Shown piece after piece: positions 62,601 through 64,000 of a stretch of DNA of 64,000 bases. Position 1 is the first letter of the stretch. Every line of letters starts with the position of its first letter. Below the pieces are notes generated by a model, which saw nothing but the letters and a program-made list of their open reading frames with translations, did no database searches and was not told the origin of the DNA. The stretch comes from Haliotis rufescens (Eukaryota). The stretch covers positions 20,336,001-20,400,000 of the forward strand of contig NW_025963857.1 of NCBI RefSeq assembly GCF_023055435.1. Reading direction: 5' to 3'. The position numbers were made by a program, and so were the translations under genes.

Positions 62601-63534
62601 CTGACACTACCATGTCTTTACGCACTGCTGTTATATTCCCGTCCTCGTCCAGGCTTCTGCGTATACAAGGGGGTGCCGTACCACAAAGGTCAGACATGGA
62701 GCGATGCCTGTGACAAGACGTGTGTGTGTGACGATCCTACCAACAACCTCTACACGTGCAGAGATAGGTCAGTTTTGTTTGTTTGTTTGTTTGTTTGTTT
62801 GTATGTTGTTTAACGCCGCACTCAGCAATATTCCAGCTTTATGACGGCGGTCTGTAAATAATTGAGTCTGGACCAGACAATCCTGTGAATGATATGATGA
62901 GCATCGGGTTAGTTAAAAACCCGATCTCCGAGAATATAAGTAAAAGTTAAATGTTTGCAAATCAGTTCACTCAATGTCGAAATCTTGTCTTACCGTGAGT
63001 CGTGGCGTGTCAGTGTATTGTCGTGGCGTGTCAGTGTTGTCGTGGCGTGTCAGTGTAGTGTCGTGGCGTGTCGTGGTGTGTCAGTGTAGTGTCGTGGCGT
63101 GTCGTGTCAGTGTAATGTCGTGGCGTGGCGTGTCAGTGTAGTGTCGTGGCGTAGCGTGTCAGTGTAGTGTCGTAGCGTGAGAGTGGATTGTCAATGAGTG
63201 TGATGTCACTCACTCACTCACTCGTTTACTTGCAGGTGTTCCTCCTTCAACAACCTCGCTCCCACGTGTACTCTCGAGACTGACCCCAACGACCCATGCT
63301 GTGTCGTCCCCGACTGCAATCACCTCCCTCCATTAAGTCTTACCCCCAACACACTCCCCGGCATCAACGGAACCAACAATCCTCTGAACCCCAATCCTTC
63401 CTACGGCCCCGGCTTCACTGGTCACCCCACGTACATCCAACCAACCAGCATCCCAGGCACCTTCACTGGTAATACTGGGTTCGGACCTGGTTACCCCGGA
63501 CAACAAGTCGGTGGATTGGTAGCTGGAATGAGAA
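12348..63534 (+). CDS. Giant secreted multi-exon protein: signal peptide, 3x ShKT, 24x VWC-like modules with Pro/Thr/Gly linkers, one ~1,600-aa Pro-Thr-Tyr-Gly repeat block; 3'-incomplete
   Basis: 56 exons with GT..AG boundaries whose phases chain without a stop (module junctions phase 1, intra-module introns phase 2). Hand-summed CDS about 12,904 nt, assuming 115 nt for the gap-truncated exon. Conserved Cys/Trp patterns in every module. Confidence 0.9.
13480..13500 (+). CDS. Exon 2: 21-nt micro-exon (EKRAAPT)
   Basis: ttttttgttccag| ... G|gtaagt, phase 1-1. Confidence 0.7.
14084..14347. repeat. 52-bp tandem repeat x5 (intronic)
   Basis: gacaaaactatg at 14087, 14139, 14191, 14243, 14295. 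Confidence 0.95.
14659..14769 (+). CDS. Exon 3: ShKT domain 1
   Basis: ETCVDQTDCTKYPSSVCTQYSDWSKDNCAAYCGICK; 6 Cys ending C-x3-C-x2-C; phase 1-1. Confidence 0.88.
15232..15360 (+). CDS. Exon 4: ShKT domain 2
   Basis: LHTTAPPACEDSLTNCPEYGLDACTKYAPWAHENCRKYCGFC; 129 nt, phase 1-1. Confidence 0.88.
15482..15920. repeat. (GT)n / GTGATTGA compound microsatellite with N-gap
   Basis: Direct inspection. Confidence 0.95.
16382..16402 (+). CDS. Exon 5: 21-nt micro-exon (HIQSTGF)
   Basis: tctgtttccag| ... T|gtaagt, phase 1-1. Confidence 0.6.
16970..17335. repeat. 23-bp minisatellite (acacgtgtcctgctggtgctatt), ~15 copies
   Basis: Direct inspection; ends just before the module 1A acceptor. Confidence 0.9.
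17363..17480 (+). CDS. VWC module 1 exon A
   Basis: GQCSYKGKTYNQGEKWEDGCSYDCECVDGATGTYKCTN; 118 nt, phase 1-2. Confidence 0.9.
17490..18056. repeat. (ACT)n trinucleotide microsatellite with N-gap
   Basis: Direct inspection. Confidence 0.95.
18056..18290 (+). mobile_element. Interspersed repeat family D (SINE-like, (AAAC)n tail)
   Basis: gtcg[c/t]aagaggcgactaacgggatcgggtggtcagg...gcggcgttaaacaacaaac; other copies at ~19223, 26457(-), 42520(-), 48394, 49100, 58478(-), 62775(-). Confidence 0.8.
18334..18476 (+). CDS. VWC module 1 exon B
   Basis: CPIYNSLPPACTLVSTPGQCCLQPVCDF..; phase 2-1. Confidence 0.9.
18520..19010. repeat. 64-bp minisatellite, ~7.5 copies
   Basis: ttcctagcaca recurs every 64 bp. 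Confidence 0.92.
19223..19445 (+). mobile_element. Family D repeat copy
   Basis: Similar to the 18056 copy. Confidence 0.78.
19525..20377. repeat. 85-bp minisatellite, ~10 copies, ending in the module 2A acceptor
   Basis: Direct inspection; shadow ORFs recur at 255-bp (3 x 85) spacing. Confidence 0.95.
20378..20492 (+). CDS. VWC module 2 exon A
   Basis: VCVYNGNNYYQGQTWAVGCDLRCTCNDATQGSYRCQS; 115 nt. Confidence 0.9.
20806..20968 (+). mobile_element. SINE family C copy at the start of the 51-bp array
   Basis: Full head and tail; a degenerate array unit lies upstream at ~20748-20790. Confidence 0.85.
20975..23135. repeat. 51-bp minisatellite, ~42 copies, composed of 3' splice-site sequence
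   Basis: Unit ttgttcacaatcttccatCTAACtaaaacatccctctctcttgtgttgtAG; last copy is the real acceptor at 23135. Confidence 0.97.
23136..23275 (+). CDS. VWC module 2 exon B
   Basis: CPVYGQMPTDCVMIKDPGQCCERPQCTF..; donor gtcagt. Confidence 0.85.
23684..23812 (+). CDS. ShKT domain 3 exon
   Basis: LHPTAASACVDKIPNCADYTKEACPKYPGWAGSTCKKYCDLC; 129 nt like exon 4. Confidence 0.88.
24866..24895 (+). CDS. 30-nt micro-exon (HLAAPTPGPN)
   Basis: ctctgttaccag| ... G|gtaagc, phase 1-1. Confidence 0.7.
25344..25458 (+). CDS. VWC module 3 exon A
   Basis: ACVYQGQAHKQGETWAIGCDQRCVCENAIYGYYRCSN; 115 nt. Confidence 0.9.
26175..26410 (+). CDS. VWC module 3 exon B
   Basis: CPSYTNLPPQCKTDKKVNDCCETVKC + Gly/Ser/Thr linker. 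Confidence 0.88.
26457..26702 (-). mobile_element. Family D repeat copy
   Basis: Reverse complement; flanked by ctttggg(g)tgatgt on both sides. Confidence 0.8.
27127..27241 (+). CDS. VWC module 4 exon A
   Basis: GCLYNGQLYVQNQQWEDKCATVCTCNDASTGIYACRE; 115 nt. Confidence 0.9.
27545..27680 (+). mobile_element. SINE family C copy
   Basis: Similar to the 3652 element. Confidence 0.78.
27986..28257 (+). CDS. VWC module 4 exon B
   Basis: CPKFDGVPAGCQMTPDPSDKCCTVPQC + linker. Confidence 0.88.
28632..29470. repeat. 41-bp minisatellite, ~20 copies
   Basis: ccgaaacgtagccttgattgaacaatgcactagtatctgt[a/g]. Confidence 0.95.
29610..29724 (+). CDS. VWC module 5 exon A
   Basis: FCEYKGRHYLQSERWEDGCKYQCVCERAYDGFWRCLD; 115 nt. 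Confidence 0.9.
29871..30153 (+). mobile_element. SINE family A copy
   Basis: ggttcgaatccc B-box, (ACTC)n tail, ccagta flanking both ends. Confidence 0.85.
30695..30894 (+). CDS. VWC module 5 exon B
   Basis: CKTYDDLPKDVCWLIPDPSDSCCQVPFC + linker. Confidence 0.88.
31229..31343 (+). CDS. VWC module 6 exon A
   Basis: YCVYKGQNYAQGQQWYDGCSMKCSCDNAQSGYYRCAN; 115 nt. Confidence 0.9.
31951..32144 (+). CDS. VWC module 6 exon B
   Basis: CPLYYNVPKGCTQLPDPIDPTCCTVPHCDF + linker. Confidence 0.88.
32340..32520. repeat. 53-bp tandem repeat, ~3.5 copies, resembling the module 7A exon start
   Basis: tacaagatgac at 32354, 32407, 32460. Confidence 0.8.
32547..32661 (+). CDS. VWC module 7 exon A
   Basis: YCLYKTKKYNQGQKWTDGCQYTCECEDADKGSYRCTD; 115 nt. 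Confidence 0.9.
33398..33546 (+). CDS. VWC module 7 exon B
   Basis: CPRYASLPQQCRLVTDFSNPCCQVPDCNF; 149 nt. Confidence 0.88.
33571..33847 (-). mobile_element. SINE family A copy
   Basis: Reverse complement of the 29871 element. Confidence 0.8.
34433..34547 (+). CDS. VWC module 8 exon A
   Basis: TCTYITAKYYQGQTWKDGCSKSCRCEDAVKGLYVCDD; 115 nt. Confidence 0.9.
35155..35363 (+). CDS. VWC module 8 exon B
   Basis: CPKFGSIPSQCQMVTDPADPCCQKPQC; AAG acceptor. Confidence 0.86.
35582..35696 (+). CDS. VWC module 9 exon A
   Basis: VCTYKGQQYHKGQTWVDGCSYNCECLDDQTGKYKCTE; 115 nt. Confidence 0.9.
35727..35892 (+). mobile_element. Young SINE family C copy with 13-bp TSD
   Basis: TSD taaacagggctgc at 35714 and 35893. 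Confidence 0.92.
36297..36457 (+). CDS. VWC module 9 exon B
   Basis: CPRFAGLPPQCNLMKDPSDPCCQVPVCDF. Confidence 0.88.
36604..36866 (-). mobile_element. SINE family A copy
   Basis: Similar to family A on the reverse strand. Confidence 0.78.
37369..37483 (+). CDS. VWC module 10 exon A
   Basis: MCVYKGTSYATGQQWFDGCDYTCECENGDQGIYRCNK; 115 nt. Confidence 0.9.
38029..38282 (+). CDS. VWC module 10 exon B
   Basis: CAVYDNLPKGCHLEADPQDPFCCKRPTC + Pro-rich linker. Confidence 0.88.
38452..38745 (+). mobile_element. Diverged SINE family B copy
   Basis: tRNA-like head, ggactggtcggctcggagtcag core, cacctc tail. Confidence 0.7.
38904..39018 (+). CDS. VWC module 11 exon A
   Basis: VCVYKGKQYAQGQKWQDGCVYNCECLDAHTGKYKCTE; 115 nt. 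Confidence 0.9.
39358..39506 (+). CDS. VWC module 11 exon B
   Basis: CPRYAQIPAQCHLVRDIYNPCCQKPYCDF; 149 nt. Confidence 0.88.
39791..39905 (+). CDS. VWC module 12 exon A
   Basis: FCVYNGTPFKQGATWNDGCDLACRCEDAKTGVYRCDE; 115 nt. Confidence 0.9.
40551..40777 (+). CDS. VWC module 12 exon B
   Basis: CASFQVQPGCSLIADPKDVCCKVPSC; 227 nt. Confidence 0.88.
41283..41397 (+). CDS. VWC module 13 exon A
   Basis: FCTYNNINYKTGQKWDDGCQYSCVCDDEKTGRYTCVQ; 115 nt. Confidence 0.9.
41570..41624. repeat. (CT)n microsatellite
   Basis: Direct inspection. Confidence 0.97.
41697..41866 (+). CDS. VWC module 13 exon B
   Basis: CAPYSNIPAYCTLVVDPTEPCCKKPSC. Confidence 0.88.
42711..42881 (-). mobile_element. Young SINE family C copy with TSD
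   Basis: TSD tctcgaacat(ga) on both sides. Confidence 0.92.
42950..43064 (+). CDS. VWC module 14 exon A
   Basis: SCVYKNQQYFEGQEWYDGCDKKCVCEDAKTNYYRCSS; 115 nt. Confidence 0.9.
43271..43497 (+). CDS. VWC module 14 exon B
   Basis: CASFGKVPPQCRLVADPKDPQCCQVPQC; 227 nt. Confidence 0.88.
43543..43865. mobile_element. Probable Tc1/mariner-type MITE
   Basis: Inverted repeat acaaaagaaacgcgaa (43553) / ttcgcgtttcttttgt (43840). Confidence 0.55.
44138..44252 (+). CDS. VWC module 15 exon A
   Basis: SCVYKGRDYRQGERWQDGCKYNCICEDETTGKYKCDE; 115 nt. Confidence 0.9.
44906..45057 (+). CDS. VWC module 15 exon B
   Basis: CASYPFVPPQCTLQRDLTDICCHKLACDF; 152 nt. Confidence 0.88.
45208..45601. repeat. 68-bp minisatellite, ~5.8 copies
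   Basis: ctcctatagtg at 45261, 45329, 45397, 45465, 45533. Confidence 0.95.
45775..45889 (+). CDS. VWC module 16 exon A
   Basis: FCVYKGVVYNQNQVWTEGCDRKCRCDDADTNFYNCYD; 115 nt. Confidence 0.9.
46154..46380 (+). CDS. VWC module 16 exon B
   Basis: CPSYNNPPPGCTLIVDPKDPCCKVPQC; 227 nt. Confidence 0.88.
47050..47164 (+). CDS. VWC module 17 exon A
   Basis: YCVYKGVKYTQGQTWQDGCGMNCECLDDSTGQYKCTE; 115 nt. Confidence 0.9.
47625..47839 (+). mobile_element. 5'-truncated SINE family A copy abutting the module 17B acceptor
   Basis: Family A body; tail ctcactcac ends about 12 nt before the acceptor. Confidence 0.78.
47852..48018 (+). CDS. VWC module 17 exon B
   Basis: CPNYVNIPSYCILVQDPRDNCCKTPTC. Confidence 0.88.
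48394..48618 (+). mobile_element. Family D repeat copy
   Basis: Similar to the 18056 copy. Confidence 0.8.
48703..48817 (+). CDS. VWC module 18 exon A
   Basis: VCVYNGRSYTQGQEWYDGCEKKCVCEDGMTGFVRCTD; 115 nt. Confidence 0.9.
49009..49096. repeat. (GTGTA)n microsatellite
   Basis: Direct inspection. Confidence 0.97.
49100..49357 (+). mobile_element. Family D repeat copy
   Basis: Similar to the 18056 copy, (AACC)n tail. Confidence 0.8.
49410..49639 (+). CDS. VWC module 18 exon B
   Basis: CAKFNSIAPNCVMVPDAKDPTCCLAPQC; AAG acceptor. Confidence 0.86.
50116..50230 (+). CDS. VWC module 19 exon A
   Basis: VCVYKGTPYKQGQRWQDGCDYTCVCEDGTTGKYDCTD; 115 nt. Confidence 0.9.
50624..50775 (+). CDS. VWC module 19 exon B
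   Basis: CPRYPNMPYYCTMAYDPTNPCCQKPEC; 152 nt. Confidence 0.88.
51268..51382 (+). CDS. VWC module 20 exon A
   Basis: FCAYNGIPYRQGQSWPVGCDKVCRCEDAMANTINCDD; 115 nt. Confidence 0.9.
51945..52132 (+). CDS. VWC module 20 exon B
   Basis: CASYPQTPSDCVLITDPSDKCCQVPSC. Confidence 0.88.
52952..53066 (+). CDS. VWC module 21 exon A
   Basis: VCVYNGKSYHQGEKWEDGCTYDCECIDSADGKYRCTE; 115 nt. Confidence 0.9.
53313..58273 (+). CDS. VWC module 21 exon B plus giant Pro-Thr-Tyr-Gly repeat (4,961-nt exon, ~85 x 19 aa)
   Basis: ttgcag|G TGC CCG.. (CPAFPQVPSYCTMMQDSRDKCCEVPYC) then repeats of GP[T/S][P/K]YPIG[Y/F]TP[Y/S/W/F]PGATPY[P/L]; donor CCAG|gtatgc; lies within the 1702-aa ORF of the track. Confidence 0.92.
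58749..58793 (+). CDS. 45-nt linker exon (GYTPMTGVTQAPGLK)
   Basis: aactccag| ... AAAG|gtgagt, phase 1-1; continues the GYTP motif. Confidence 0.8.
59042..59156 (+). CDS. VWC module 22 exon A
   Basis: MCEYNNQYYKEGQLWYDGCSKVCRCESADVNFHRCQD; 115 nt. Confidence 0.9.
59797..60035 (+). CDS. VWC module 22 exon B
   Basis: CTKYDSIQSDCLMVPDPKDPSCCKKPQC + linker. Confidence 0.88.
60558..60664 (+). CDS. VWC module 23 exon A (5' end hidden in N-gap; predicted start ~60550)
   Basis: MYKGQVYNEGQTWEDGCDFDCECLDDATGQYKCLK, donor gtgagt. Confidence 0.85.
60967..61081. mobile_element. Short palindromic MITE
   Basis: cccacttgcacaaagc / gctttgtgcaagtggg terminal inverted repeat, cctgg at both ends. Confidence 0.7.
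61495..61666. mobile_element. Tc1/pogo-type MITE with TA target site
   Basis: TA-CAGTAAACTACG ... CGTAGTTTACTG-TA. Confidence 0.8.
61923..62152 (+). CDS. VWC module 23 exon B
   Basis: CPAVPQLPNRCVMLRDPTNPCCQRPYCDF + linker. Confidence 0.88.
62653..62767 (+). CDS. VWC module 24 exon A
   Basis: FCVYKGVPYHKGQTWSDACDKTCVCDDPTNNLYTCRD; 115 nt. Confidence 0.9.
62993..63180. repeat. GTGTC/GTGGC-based low-complexity tandem repeat
   Basis: Direct inspection. Confidence 0.85.
63236..63534 (+). CDS. VWC module 24 exon B
   Basis: CSSFNNLAPTCTLETDPNDPCCVVPDC + linker; donor gtgagt, so the gene continues. Confidence 0.88.
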
Positions 63535-63576
63535 GTGAGTGCACCTGGTTCTCGTGAATTAACTGCTATGAGTGTT

Positions 63577-63731
63577 TTAGTGGATAGAGCGTCTGCCGGA
63601 GAGCTGAAGGTCGTTGGTTCGATCCCCGGCCGCGTCATAATAAAAAACGTTTAAAGATGGTAAGTGTTGCATTAAGGGGGTACTGTGTCTAAGTAAGGTA
63701 TCCATGTTAAATTTCGGCATGGTACCTCGGT
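63577..63731 (+). mobile_element. Partial SINE family B copy
   Basis: tagtggatagagcgtc..ggttcgatccccggccgcgtcata. Confidence 0.7.
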
Positions 63732-63774
63732 GTTTTTTTCTCTTCCTCCTGTTTACAGTTTAGATCTAAACCTC

Positions 63775-64000
63775 AGCTGTATATTGCTGGTGCATGATAG
63801 CCGTTGTATATTGCTGCTGTGTATGGTGGATATATAATGAAAATGTATTTTGGATGTGCGTGATAACCGTATAAAGCGACTGTATAAAAATCGTTGTTGA
63901 CTGCAGCTGTATAATAACCGTTGTATACTGTGGCTGTATAATAACCGTTGTATACTGTGGCTGTATAATAACCGTTGTAAACTGCGGCTGTATAATAACC
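63775..64000. repeat. ~27-bp tandem repeat running off the window end
   Basis: ctgtataataaccgttgtatactgtgg units. Confidence 0.85.

Overview
Eukaryotic (animal) genomic DNA with assembly gaps. The SINE content and gene style suggest a gastropod mollusc, possibly abalone; this is from recollection and not verified. Bases 1-12.2 kb are intergenic: minisatellites, tRNA-derived SINEs and two decayed Tc1-like transposase relics. From 12348 to the window end lies one giant + strand multi-exon gene, which I assembled by hand from GT-AG boundaries and splice-phase continuity. It has 56 coding exons totalling about 12.9 kb (about 4,300 codons) with no stop, so it continues past the window. The product is secreted: signal peptide, a KR dibasic site, 3 ShKT domains and 24 ten-cysteine VWC-like modules. 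Each module is split into a 115-nt exon A (118 nt in module 1) and a variable exon B with a Pro/Thr/Gly linker. One 4,961-nt exon encodes about 85 copies of a 19-aa Pro/Thr/Tyr/Gly repeat (GPTPYPIGYTPYPGATPYP) with scrambled synonymous sites. The VWC modules show a hidden four-module periodicity. Several intronic minisatellites are built from the gene's own 3' splice sites, most strikingly about 42 tandem copies of branch point + polypyrimidine tract + AG. Most ORFs in the supplied track are shadow or repeat artefacts.
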